DNA from: the human T2T-CHM13v2.0 reference genome, Homo sapiens
Length of the DNA stretch: 64,000 bases
Reading direction: 5' to 3' (one strand)
Assembly (NCBI RefSeq): GCF_009914755.1
Contig: NC_060942.1
The notes below the pieces were generated by a model. It saw only the letters and a program-made list of their open reading frames with translations, was not told the DNA's origin and did not search any database. Made by a program: the position numbers and the translations under genes. Shown here piece by piece: positions 41,440 to 55,455 of the stretch; position 1 is the stretch's first letter; each line of letters begins with the position of its first letter.

Positions 41440-42062
41440 CTTTACACTGTGTTGTGATAGAGGGCAGAATACACACCAACTATTTTAGCTGAGAGTTTAC
41501 CCTAAGGGCTTGGTTAAATAAGTAATGCGAACCTGAAAAAGCAAAGGGGAATATGGAATTAACACAGAGTGAATAACTGTAGAATGTGTTACCTCCCCCC
41601 TGGCAGAGGGGAAAATGAAAGAAGTGGGAGTTTTAAAACCTACCTGAGAGGTAAGACCCAGACATCTGAAACGGAGTGTTTGCCAGATGGTGCTGGTGTC
41701 TCAGGAGCTTGGAGGGGCTCCCACAATGCTGAACTCAGGTCTCTGAGGAGGGTGCTGATGGGCCATGCCTGGTGTCTCTGAGGCTGCTTCTGAGAATGTG
41801 GGAAAAAAAACCTGAACATGGGCCAACTGTGCTTCTGGCACAAACCACCGTGGCTACAGTAATTCTGGAAGAACAGTGAGCAAACTGGAAGAAGCAATGC
41901 CCCTTCTTCCTACTCTAGCCTTTCAGTCCGTCTTTGTGCCACCTGTTGGGAACCAATGGCAAAGGAGAAATGGGGTTGGAGAATTCCCAATCAAAGCATC
42001 AAAAAGCAAAGTGCAGAAGGAAGGGTTCAGAGCCCAGGAGTAATAACTCAATAACTAGCACA
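41440..42062 (-). mobile_element. LTR78-like ancient LTR
   Basis: GCAAAGGAGAAATG..GCAAAGTGCAGAAGGAAGGGTTCAGAGC..AATAACTCAATAACTAGCACA end and GAACTCAGGTCTCTGAGGAGGG internal motif; start approximate. Confidence 0.6.
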
Positions 42063-42238
42063 TCTCACAAAATAGTAAATAAAAGATGAGGCCAAATAAA
42101 TCTGTCCAATTCTCACAAATCCAGATTCAACTCCCTTGGATCCTTTATAAGCTGAATTTATATAAGTGCCTTCTAGCTTCTGAAATAGGTGAGTGCCTCA
42201 ATGCGTTCATTCATTCATTCTTTCTTTCTAAAACAGTG

Positions 42239-42545
42239 ATTATTATTATTACTATTATTATTTTGAGACTGAGTCTTGCTCTATTGTCCAGGCTAGAGTG
42301 CAGTGATGTGACCTTGGCTCACTGCAACCTCTGCCTCCTGGGTTCAAGCAATTGTCATGCTTCAGCCTCCCGAGTAGCTGGGATTACAGGTGCCTGCCAC
42401 CACACCCAGCTAATTTTTGTATTTGTAGTAGAGACGGGGTTTCACCATGTCGGCCAGGCTGGTCTTGAACTCCTGACGTCAAATGATCTGCCTGCCTCAC
42501 CTCCCAAAGTGCTGGGATTACAGGCATGAGCCACTGTGCCCGGCT
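42239..42545 (-). mobile_element. AluS with (ATT)n tail
   Basis: Full dimer; TSD TCTAAAACAGT. Confidence 0.94.
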
Positions 42546-42618
42546 TCTAAAACAGTTATTGCAGGTCTGTTGCATGCCACACCCTCTGGCTGGTTGCTTT
42601 GTCTTCAAGACTGTTTCA

Positions 42619-43043
<425 letters not shown>

Positions 43044-45083
43044 TCAATAACAAATGAGATGAGTTAAATGAATAAAACCATAATCTCTAAAATGACATAT
43101 CTGTTTCCAGTTAGAGAAGAAAAGAGCAATTTACCATTGTCAAGGTTATAAGACATTTTGAGTTGATAGTTTCTAATAGAAGAAGGCAAATAATTTTTTA
43201 AACAGATATAGTTTGCATAAGAAATAACAACATTGTTTGGAGAAAGAATCAGATAAATTCTAATGGGGAGTCTACTAAAATATGCTGTTCGTCGGTGCAG
43301 AAAAAAATGCAAAACAGCATGTAAATACAGTTGAAAAAGTGAGTGCCTACAGTTTGCTGCTAATTTAGTCATTCTGGGATGCCTAAGAGGCCCTGCTTTG
43401 CTTACATGGTGTTTTCTTTCCTCTGCTTTGTTTGACTTATTGTTAATTGTTTTATTTATTTTTACAATTATCTTAATTAAAACATCTTTTATTTACCGTT
43501 CCTCCTCGGATCAAGGCAGAGTGTAATTATAAAAACAAACAGTTAAGTATGTGTGGCATAGTGAAGACTAAGATCATGGTGAGAAGCCAGGACTGATTCC
43601 ACTGATGTGGGAATAGTAGCCTGGAGGAGCCTGGAAGGCCTGATTAATTCAGAACAAACATAGGGCACCCAGGGACACCTCACATTGAGGAAGGCCCTGA
43701 AGGCTGGGTTTTATTTTAGATAAAACAGATTCACACTCTGCGGCTTCTCCACAGTTGATTGGAAGACATCTTCTTGTGCAGGCCTCTGTCCAGGGACCAC
43801 TTTGCTAGCCATCCTTGTTGCAAAACATCTGCCAGGGAGCATGGGGTGCCCTCCTTGAGAACATGGTCTTCCCTTAGTGCAAATAAAAGAAGCATAGAAA
43901 TAAGCCATTATTTTAGACTGATTCATCAACACTGGGATTACTGGGGACTTTGCACTGCTTATTCTGATGCAATTGATAACCTGTTAAAACACAATGAGCG
44001 GTGGACTTGCTACCATTTAATGTCCTGAAATAGTCTATGCCTTTCTGAATCTGATTTGTACCAGACCGTAAATGGAATGAGGCAATGAAAGTTCTGATGC
44101 TCTATATTGAGATGGAGTTTAATGTAAAGCTTTCTTATAGCCTCCTGTTGATTTGAAACCTAGGCATTTCCTTCAATGAACTGCATCTTTTTAATGTTGC
44201 TAAGAGAAATGTCAAGTTCAATATCACAAAGTAATGAATTCTTTGCTTATCGTGATAGCTTTTAATAGGAACTATGTACCAAAGTGTAAAATCCTTCATG
44301 TTGACATGCATTTTAATAGCAGTACATAATTGTTTTAAGACCATTAAGGAATGAATATGGTGGAAAGCCAATTTTCTTTGTAGTAGTTTTACAGATAGGC
44401 AGTTATAAAAGTGGATTTCATGAAAAAGGATGTTTGCACAGAGAACTTAAATCATATCATATATGTGTAGAAAACTTAGGAGACAAGAAAAATACAAGCC
44501 AAACCATTCAGGAATCACTAGCTCTGCCCTTCAATAAATTCAGAAGTTGCATCGTTTTAAGCCTAGAATTTTAAACTAACACTTTAATGAGCATTAAGCC
44601 TAGCCTTTAATTTAAACAATGTCCTATTATGACCATGTTAGTTAACTTTCCTGAGAAGGCACTGCTTCCTGAAATTCAGACCTGGCCTCCCCTTCAACAG
44701 CACACATTGGCTCTGATGCCAGGTGGGAACTCCCCGGACTTCAGAGATTTAAATTATATGGAGTGAGAGGCCAGGTCCACGTTTGTGACAGCCCCAAGTC
44801 ACCCCAACAGCTTTTGCAAATTCTTGAGAAGCTACTTTCTTAGGAACATCTCTGTTGCCACATCTTGAGACTGAACATACTATTTATGTTTTTTCCATGT
44901 CCCCAGAAGGTGACAGCCTCGTCACTGGTTTCCGCACCTCTGCTAAAAACTATCTTATCCCGAGCATTTATGGGTTTTATGCTTCCCTGAGGATTAGTGG
45001 GATTCACATCATTTATGTTTTTGACTTTTCCCTCTCCATCTTCCATCTTTAACTCCCTTTCTCTATCTCCTTCCACTTCTTTC

Positions 45084-45284
45084 CAAAAGAAAGAAAGAAA
45101 AGAAAGAATGAAAGGTAAAGAAAAGAAAGAAAGCTGGGGTAGGGGGAGAGAGAGAAAGAAAGAAAGGAAAGAAAGAGAAAGAAGGAAAGGAAGGAAGGAA
45201 AGAAGGAAGGAAGGAAGGAAAGGAAGGAAAGAAGGAAGGAAGGAAGGAAGGAAGATAGAAGAAAAGAAAAGAAAAGAAAAAAAG
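45084..45284. repeat. Compound (GAAA)n/(GGAA)n/(GAAAA)n polypurine tract
   Basis: Read directly; resumes at 45393-45423. Confidence 0.92.
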
Positions 45285-45286
45285 AT

Positions 45287-45358
45287 AGTTATGATTATGC
45301 CACTGCCCTCCAGCCTGGGCAACAGAGCGAAACTGTCTCTTAAAAAAAAAAAAAAAAG
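45287..45358 (+). mobile_element. AluJ 3'-terminal fragment with poly(A)
   Basis: AGTTATGATTATGCCACTGCCCTCCAGCCTGGGCAACAGAGCGAAACTGTCTCTT followed by A16. Confidence 0.88.
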
Positions 45359-46440
45359 ACAAAAACAAATAAGATGAGTTAAATGAATAAATAAGAAAGA
45401 AAGGAAAGAAAGAAAAGAAAGGAATTAAGAAATTCCCCTTTTATGCAGGATTATCTGAGTCCTTCTCCAAAAATGTGTTGACAGAGCGTGCATCTCAGCA
45501 GTTTTTTCAAGATCTCCCCCAACTAAGGCGTTCCTCTCACTGTAAGAAGTCACTCACCTGCTACTGAGAGACCGACTTTCTCCATTTCTTTACATTTCAA
45601 AAGTTTTTACAAATATGATTTCAGGCAGAGTAAAACACTATTCATTTCTTCACCTACCTCTGGGAATGTTTGGACAACAAATTGACGGCCTCAGTGTAGA
45701 ACCCTCATTCGGTAGCACAGAGAGAGAGATCTATGGATACACACGCCTTGTTGTCAAACTGGGGTTCTGCCCTGACTGAGGAAGTTGCCATCATTTCAGC
45801 AGATGGAGATTTGAGTGAATGACTTCACAATGAATGCAAAATACATAGCCCTCCTCGTCTTTGAAGTACAGCAGTGGTTACTGGGTGGAGAGGAGGCGGT
45901 AGGTAACGTGATGCTCTTTAGGTGGCTCCGTCATTAGGAGCACATTTTGGACCAGGCACGACATGGAAGCATCTCAGAGAGTAGCAGAATTGTGCTTATG
46001 ACGCCAAATATTGCTGCATGATGTGGGCTTAATTTTAAATTCCTGTATCACTCCTACTCATTAGTGATAACTCTGGATAGTGTCTTCTTTCTCTCTACTA
46101 AAACACTGGGACACCCTTGCCATTCATTCTGCTATATGAAGATAGTGAATGTTTTTCTATTTATGTGTTACATGTATAAATAAATAAATGTTTTTGTCCT
46201 ACTTGGCTCTATCTATGTACCAGAAGTTTCAATATAAACAGGATTTGTAGTGTCTAAATTACTTATTGCTAAATTACCTAGAAAATTTCTAAATAAGTCA
46301 TTCACACTATCAGTCTATTTTTACAAAATAACAAACTTCCACCAACAAACGATGCTGTGCCTTTGTGACTTGTTAGTTTGCTAATTTGGAGGATCTCACT
46401 GCCAGATCTTTTATTGTGTTATGAAAATGAGAAAACTTTC

Positions 46441-46724
<284 letters not shown>

Positions 46725-46742
46725 TCATAATGTATATGTTCA

Positions 46743-47327
<585 letters not shown>

Positions 47328-47451
47328 TTATTTTTAAATTTTGGTAAAATTATCTATTTGTGATTTCTTTGTCAAAGAAACAATTCATATAAAGAGATAA
47401 TTCATTTCACTGTAACAGTTTAGATATTTTTATAAAAGTTTAGGGACACTG

Positions 47452-47793
<342 letters not shown>

Positions 47794-47842
47794 TTATTAT
47801 GTATAAATACTGTGGAATTGGGAATAAAAACTCAAAGTTCTG

Positions 47843-48461
47843 GTTCTAGATCCTTGAGGAATTGCCACCCTGTCTTCTACAATGGTTGAACTAATTTACA
47901 CTCCCACCAACAGTTTAAAAGCATTTGTATTTCTCCACATCCTCTCCAGCATCTGTTGTTTCCTGGCTTCTTAATGATCATCATTCTAACTGGTGTGAGG
48001 TGGTATCTCATTGTAGTTTTGATTTGTATTTCTCTAATGACCAGTGATGATCAGCTTTTTTTCATGTTTGTTGGCTGCATAAATATCTAGTTTTCAGAAG
48101 TGTCTATTCATATCCTTCACCCACTTTTTGATGGGTTGTTTGTTTTTTTCTTATAACTTTGTTTAAGTTCCTCTGGAAACCATCATTCTCAGCAAACTGA
48201 TACAGGAACAGAAAACCAAACACTGCATGTTCTCACTAGTAAGTGGGAATTGATCAATGAGAACACATGGACACAGGGAGGGGAACATCACACAGTGGGG
48301 CTTGTTGGGGGGTGGTGGACTAGGGGAGGGATAGCATGTGGAGAAATACCTAATGTAGATGACGGGTTGATGGGTGCAGCAAACCATCATGGCACATGCA
48401 TACCTATGTAACAAACCTGCACGATTCTGCCCATGTATCCCAAAACTTAAAGTATAATAAC
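47843..48461 (+). mobile_element. 5'-inverted (twin-primed) L1PA6/7-like insertion
   Basis: 47843-48172 is antisense ORF2 3' sequence; 48173-48461 is sense 3' end ending AAAACTTAAAGTATAATAA; flanking TSD AAAAA(C/T)TCAAAGT(T/G)CTG (47826-47842 / 48462-48478). Confidence 0.92.
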
Positions 48462-48554
48462 AAAAATTCAAAGTGCTGATAGGCTACTGAATAGGCAAAC
48501 TGAATAGGCAAATGGGTCATGTCACCATTCATATGATGTATAATAATGAAGGCA

Positions 48555-48800
48555 TGCTATAATAATAGCAAACATTCTTAGGTACTTACAGTGTCTCAGA
48601 CCTTCTTTCTGAATCCTTAATCTGTATTTTTTTTCTTAGCTCATTTAAAACTCAGAAGAACCTCATGAGGTATATACTATTATTGTCCCTATTTTATAGA
48701 TAAAGAAGATAAAGAAGGTGAGTGACCAAAATTAGCCAAAATCACACAGCTAGCCAGTGGCAGAACCAATACCTGAACCCAGAGTCTTAAGTCTCATCAC
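48555..48800 (-). mobile_element. MIR
   Basis: AATAATAGCAAACATT...CTCATGAGGTA..TACTATTATTGTCCCTATTTTATAGATAAAGAA...TCACACAGCTAG..GTGGCAGAACC..TGAACCCAG. Confidence 0.8.
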
Positions 48801-51800
48801 ACTCTGTAGCAACAACGGGAAATGGTTGATTCTGACTAGTAGCATAGGGGAGGAGGGAGGTTTCACAAGTGAGGAGTATTTGATCTATGCTTTGAAGAAT
48901 GATGACAGTCTTATCCAATGATAAAGGGAGAAAGACTTTTTAAGGTTGTGCAGACCAGTATGAGCAAAAGCACAGATATGTAGAAGTGCCTGATGTATTC
49001 AAAGGAGAACTTACAGCTCCATGGTTGTGTGGTTGGAGACAGAAAAAAAGAGGGAAAGGGTTTTTGCAGTTTCAAGTGTTTCTGTCCAGACCAGAAATGA
49101 TGTGATTTTTTAGTCTATGGATCATTTCAAGTTTAACATATTGGTATTTTTTCTTTCTTTGCATTTCCTTTATAAATACTCATATTTAGCAACATCAATC
49201 ACATGCAACACATACAGTTTCCCCAAATTTTGCTCTTCTGTCATGTGAAATGATTGAATGCATGGGTATAAACAGATACGGATTGGTAGTATACATGATG
49301 AATTTTGCTAAATAAAGTATTATTTTTCTCTAGATGCATATGAGTAAGTTGAAAATACTAGCTTAGAAATGAGCGAACAGGGTAACATACAATGAAATAA
49401 TTTGCATACTGGGTAAGCCCAGCGTCTTCACTTCATTAGTTTTTAATTAAGCCTCTGTCTGATTAAGTTATCCATCTCTTTTCTACAACCTTTTGCTTAT
49501 AATTTTTTTCATTTGGTCCTTAGCAGCCTCCAAGAAGGGTGAAAAGCAGTATTGTTTGATTATCCCCTGATATCTTTCTTGTGCCTATCTTCTATTAAGT
49601 TTTGCCAAAAATATAATGTAAAAAATATCACAAATGCAATTCCATAAAATAAGTATAGGATGTGTAGAGGACATAGAATGTATAGAAACTGTGATGATAG
49701 TGACATGGACCCTTCTAGAGCACCCCAGGTTAAGACACATGCCCCAAGAATGAATGAGAAGCTTTTCTGGGCTTCTGAGCCTGACTCTAATTCTTCTTAA
49801 GGACAACCAAAGGAGAGCCTCAGGCTTCTCAACTAAAATGCCAAAAGATGATGGAGACCAGTCTCACAAGCAGAACGCCTGCCCAGGCCCCTGCCCCGGG
49901 CCAGGTATTTTGTAGAAGGGGCCTTTCTGGCTCTCTTCTTACTGTGCTCTTCCTGCAGGTCAAGGGGATATGCCTTCTCAGAACCTACTCCATTCTCCTC
50001 TGTTAGACACGGTCCAGACCTCCAAATTCTGGACGCAAAGTCTCCAAGCTGGTTTCCATAGCTTGCAGAGGCCTCTCCCCTGCCTGTCATTCAGAGAGCG
50101 GGCTGAACTGCTGTTTGCTTATCTTTTGTTCTGAGGAATAGCCAAAGGGTGGCTACTGTGGCAGCTACTAGATGGTGGTGGAAGAAGCTTGCAAGTTACA
50201 GTGCATTGTCCACTGGCCCATATACCTGGCCCCTCTTGGTTCAGGCCAGAGTTGACAGCGAGAAGAGAAGATGGAAGTTCTATGGATCCCAGGCTTTTGT
50301 TTGCACCCTTGTCCCAGGTGCAAATGTTAGGAATGAGCATGATCAAGACACTGAACCTGAAGAAGCTTAATTTAAGGAAACAATGACTGTGGAGCACCAC
50401 ACCTCACCTCATGTTTCTTCAGAAGTCGAATTTATTCTTTCACTTTTCTTTTACATTTCTTATTTATGGAACAAATATTTATTCAAAACCATTCTGTGAG
50501 CTTATGAGATGGCGTGGCAAAAAATATATATAAAAATATGAGATAGAGGAGGAACACTGCGAGGTTGTGGGCTCCTGGTAACCAGGGGAAGATGGGCTTT
50601 CAGAAGGACAAAGTGGTCAGCAGAGACATTGTCATGCAGTCTCAGAATATGCAGATTGAAGTGTCCTCAGTGGCTCAGAGGAGGGAAATGATTAGGTCTC
50701 TGGCAGGAGAGGTCCCAAGAAATGGCACAGGCAGAAATGAGGTTGGAGTGAATTAAAAAGTGAACAATGGTGAATGAGGGCCTGGAACTGGTGGGTAGAG
50801 TTTACTCTTCAGGATTTTTTCAGTGAAGGTTTACAGGAAGATACTGAAGTGGCTGGAATGGGAGTGGGATTAAGGCAGAAAGTTTTTAAAAGGGGGTATG
50901 TTTGACTTTGTTCAAAAGAAGCTGAGATCCCAAGGGTTTGGGGCACTGTAAAGTACACTGCATTGCTTATAACACTTGCATTTGTATGAGACTTGAGTCT
51001 TGTACAACAGGTTTTATTTCGATAATAAAATGTCTGCCTCCAGGTTTAGCAATAGGGCAATTTCTAGACAGCTAATCAATACGACTGTGCCCCTCCACCC
51101 TGCTCTCCTAATTATGTAATTATCCACAGAGCTATTCCAAGAACAACTAGGCTGAGCTCTTTTCTCTCCACATTTAGCTGGTAGAGTTCTATTCCCTAAG
51201 TAGACTTATTTGTTCCCTAAATTTTAATTTATTAACTGTTTCACCTGAAAGCAATCACCTTTGCAGTCAATTCCCTAAATAAAACATCTGCCTTTTCAAT
51301 TCAGACAGCTATAAGTGAAGAAATACACCAGGGGAGGAGAATTATGTTCTCTTTTAGAAAGCAGAGATGTTTACAAAGACACGAATTCTGGCACCAGCTG
51401 CCTGGTTTGCATCATGAATGAGCTTGCATGGGTGCCATGAGAAAGTGAGGCCCGTTAGCCTGTTTCCTCCTGCTCGTCTGTGAAGAGTCTGCTTCGGCTC
51501 CTGTTTCTTAATCTTGCCTCTTGTATTGACCTTTTACAGAGGTTACTTGAGAACTGCAAGCTCTGAGGTCATTAGTTCTCACAGTGCTTTGTTTTTCTGT
51601 AGCATCTATTTGCATGCCATTTGTGGTTTCAACATGCTTTAAAATAATTTCTACGTTGAGGCCCTAAGGTGCCTTTCTTTGAGTTTGTTAGGGAGGCTTC
51701 AGAGACGGATGATATTCCTGCTAACTTTTCTGCAAACCTTGTTCTAAGTACAGAAGTCTGAGGGCAAAAGGTGGGTGGACACCTTACACTAGGTAATATT

Positions 51801-53371
51801 TTTATCTCTCCTAAGAAGTGTGCATGAGACAGACACTGAAGAAGATGAAAATGTACTATTAATGTACTGAGGGTGTTTTTCCTGAAAATTTGAGCCCTTC
51901 AGAGGTTTGGTTTTTAGCCATTGCTGGCAAACAAAGTGGTGGAGACCCTAAATAATAGAAACAATTCAGAGTTCTCTGGGTCCTGCCTGTTTCCAAACCT
52001 CTTCTGCTTACAGGAGCTCAGCCATGAGCACTATAGAGCTGTTTGTAATTATAATTCCTGAAAAAGGCACAAGTGCAGACCAGGTCTTGAGGCTTCCCCG
52101 GGCAGACTTCTTTCACTCTGCCACATGCATATCTGTACTTCGCTTGTCAGAGAAGCGAGCAGGAAACAAAATGAGCCCCTGAAAGGTTGTTCTCTTTCTT
52201 GTGACGGAAAAAAAAAAAGATTTCTGTGATGACGAGCCACCCAAGCAGCCCACACAGCATTGCGCAAGGCAAAGAAGAATGGAAATTTTTGTGGAGCAGA
52301 GGTGTTTCAGGAAGTACTGGGGAGAAGAGAATAGAAAAATTTATCTGTGCTAAGAAAGGTCTAGATGTGGCCCCTTATCCCGTTAAGCAATGATGGTTTG
52401 TAAATCAGCCCAGGACTTTGGAGGATAGAATTCCACAAGGTCACAGGATTCTTTTCACGGAATCAAAAACATTGGCTTTGGAGCATAACTCCACTTAACC
52501 CATGCAGAGCAAAAACAAAAAAGCTGCAATTTCATATACCAGAGGTTCCATGAAGTATATATTGGATGTGAAACAAAGCAGCTGGTTCTAGGTATAAAAG
52601 CAAAAGGAAGCGAAAAACCAGCGGACTGTGTGTTAATTTACTCTGGAACTGATTAACAACAGGTGCAGATGAAAATCATCACTACCTCCTACAATGTGTT
52701 TTATGACTGGAAATTACCAAAAGTTTCAAAATTTCCTTATGGTGGATGCTATGCTTGAGTAAAAAAGTTTTTTTAAAACTTTCATAACATTTTAAGTCTA
52801 TACAAACAGAGTGTTTAAAGAGCTATGTTACAAAAAGAAAGAGAAATGCTGCAGTCAAATAACTTGGAACAAGGGTCTTTACTTCCTTCCATCAAATTCA
52901 GAAAACTCAACAGAGATTTGTAACTTGCGATAGACGACAGAACACAGTTCAACTTAATCGTATTTGTTGTCTTTACCTCACGTTGATTAGTCAGGGACTA
53001 GGCAAATTGTTTAGTTAGATAAATATTTGATATCTTTCAGCTTTCTCATCAGCACAGAGAAGGCAATTTACAAAGCATTTCCTGAATGAACCGAGTATAT
53101 TATATCCCAGTTATTCTTTTATAGTTTCTTTTCAATTAAAGATAATTTTCTTCTTAAGAGGAGACCTATGTTTCTGATTTCTGATTTCCTCCCTCAAAGA
53201 GGTGGCTTACACTATTCTATTTCCATATTACCAATTCTGCCTACATCACATTCTTTTCAGAGCTCAGGGCTTGCTTCCTCAGGTGACAATTTCAGAATGC
53301 AGCACTATCCTTTTCATTATCTTTCACTTCCATTTCTGCATTAAGAAACAGTACATCTCAATATCCACTTA

Positions 53372-53539
53372 ACGTAACTGGATTGCTTGTAACTCAAAGG
53401 ATAAAGGGTTGAGTGAATGGATAACCCATTCTCCACGATGTGCTCATTTCACATTGTATGCCTATATCAAAACATCTCATGTACCCCATAAATATATATA
53501 CCTATCATTTACCCACAAAAATTTAAACAAAACAAAACA
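53372..53539 (+). mobile_element. L1MA1/2-like 3' end fragment
   Basis: TTGTAACTCAAAGGATAAA...TCAAAACATCTCATGTACCCCATAAATATATATACC; exact TSD AATATCCACTTA. Confidence 0.88.
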
Positions 53540-53589
53540 AATATCCACTTAGAGTATAAGGAATTGGTTTACCTCTCTGAAGGAATTTT

Positions 53590-53898
<309 letters not shown>

Positions 53899-54049
53899 TG
53901 AGGAATTTTGGAGCACAAACTCAAAGACTGAGCCAAGCAGCATTAAAACATGGGGTACAGAAATTTGTCAGTAGCTTTCCAGAAAGTTTTAGTTACTTCA
54001 CCACTTCCAATTTGCTTTTACCTTCCAGCAAGTCAGATTCCTTCTGCCT

Positions 54050-54232
54050 TAGCACTGTACTCTCTCCAACCTAGCACTCATAGTACTGAGCGAACATTAC
54101 ATGTTTAATTCCCATCGCCCCACCAGATTCCAGGTTACACAAAGGTACAGGGTCATTTTATTCTTGTTTATTTTGTTATTCACAGTGCCTCGCACATTTT
54201 GAAGTGCTTGATAATTTGCTGAATCACAATGA
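54050..54232 (+). mobile_element. L2 3' end fragment
   Basis: TAGCACTCATA..CCCCACCAGATT..TTATTCACAGTGCCTCGCACA..GTGCTTGATAATTTGCTGAAT. Confidence 0.6.
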
Positions 54233-54359
54233 AGCAACTACTCTTCCCAAATTAAAGAAGGACTGTGTACATTTTCCATAGAGTATTAGACCCGGAAGTC
54301 TCTAAAAATCATCTTATTGAACTGTATGAAAGTCCTTGTCTGCTAATGCCCACACCTCC

Positions 54360-54640
54360 ATCCTGTCTGGTTTGTTTTTTTGACTCTGTTGAGAGTTTCC
54401 CACCATTAACCCATCTCCTGTGTATCATCTTTTTTTGCTTCTTTGCTCATTTGTAATCTTTGATTGTCTGCTGCACACTGGAGCCTAGTCTGGATTTTGT
54501 TTCTTCTTTTAAAGAGTTTTGTTTTGCGCTCTGGCAGGTCCTTCATTTACGGCAGATCAGCTCAATTCTCCCAGGACTTGTCGTTAAACTTTGGGATGAG
54601 CCCAGGATTGTTTTGTTCTCAGAGGACTACTCCACTTAAC
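54360..54640 (-). mobile_element. L1ME-type 5' fragment
   Basis: TCTGGATTTTGTTTCTTCTTTTAAAGAGT..TTTTG..CTCTGGCAGG..GATCAGCT resembles recalled L1MEc/g 5' region. Confidence 0.45.
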
Positions 54641-55405
54641 AGCTTTGCGCATACCGCTTGCTAACACTGAATGCCTTCTTCATTTTCTTTTTTCAAAACT
54701 CAGGTTAAATTATATCTGTTCAATGGTGATCTGTTCCCTGATTATCAATAAAAAATGTAAATAAGGATGCCATGGGGTGTTGTAGAAGGACCATAGGATT
54801 TAGATACAAAGGATCTGAGTTTCACTCTTGACTCTACCAATTTCTCACTCAGAATTTTAATCGACTCAGTTATGAAATGGGCAGTGTGTACCTAATCTAT
54901 TTCTCTCTTAAGATTTAAGTTAGACAATATTAAAATGCAATTTGCATTATAATAATTTATACTAAAATGAAGACTGCTCTGTAAACATTCTTAAGACCTT
55001 TTTTCTCTCTTGTATGTATTTTGAATATTCAACAATAATTCAGTCTCCTTGTGGGGAACGTTCAATCTCTCATTGCTTTTTCCTTCTGGAGGTACTGGAG
55101 TGTCTAGTACTTTAGAGTAGATAGCCAACAAATTCAATGAACTCACTCATGGGAAATGTCTGAGTTTTAAGTGAACAAATCTCTTCTTAATATTACAGTA
55201 TCATTATTCTTTGTTATTCATGAAAAGAGTAGAGCACAAAAGCATAGAAAAATCAAATATTTTCTTAAGTGAGACTTGTTTTCTGTTTTTTGATACAATG
55301 TTCTGTTACAGAGACTCTGAAATATGAAATCTGGCGAATAATGGGGTTTACTAACTTAATAACATAACATTTTCATACCAGTAGCAGCTTCTGAGTAATC
55401 TTATG

Positions 55406-55406
<1 letters not shown>

Positions 55407-55454
<48 letters not shown>
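55407..55454. repeat. (TG)24 perfect microsatellite
   Basis: 48 bp of uninterrupted TG. Confidence 0.97.

Positions 55455-55455
<1 letters not shown>

Noticed and set aside
44840-45377. 160-aa F/S/L-rich and 126-aa K/E/R-rich ORFs
   Set aside because: Reading frames through the GA-rich simple repeat.
48488-48512. Short tandem duplication of CTGAATAGGCAAA
   Set aside because: Ordinary slippage-type micro-duplication with no further structure.
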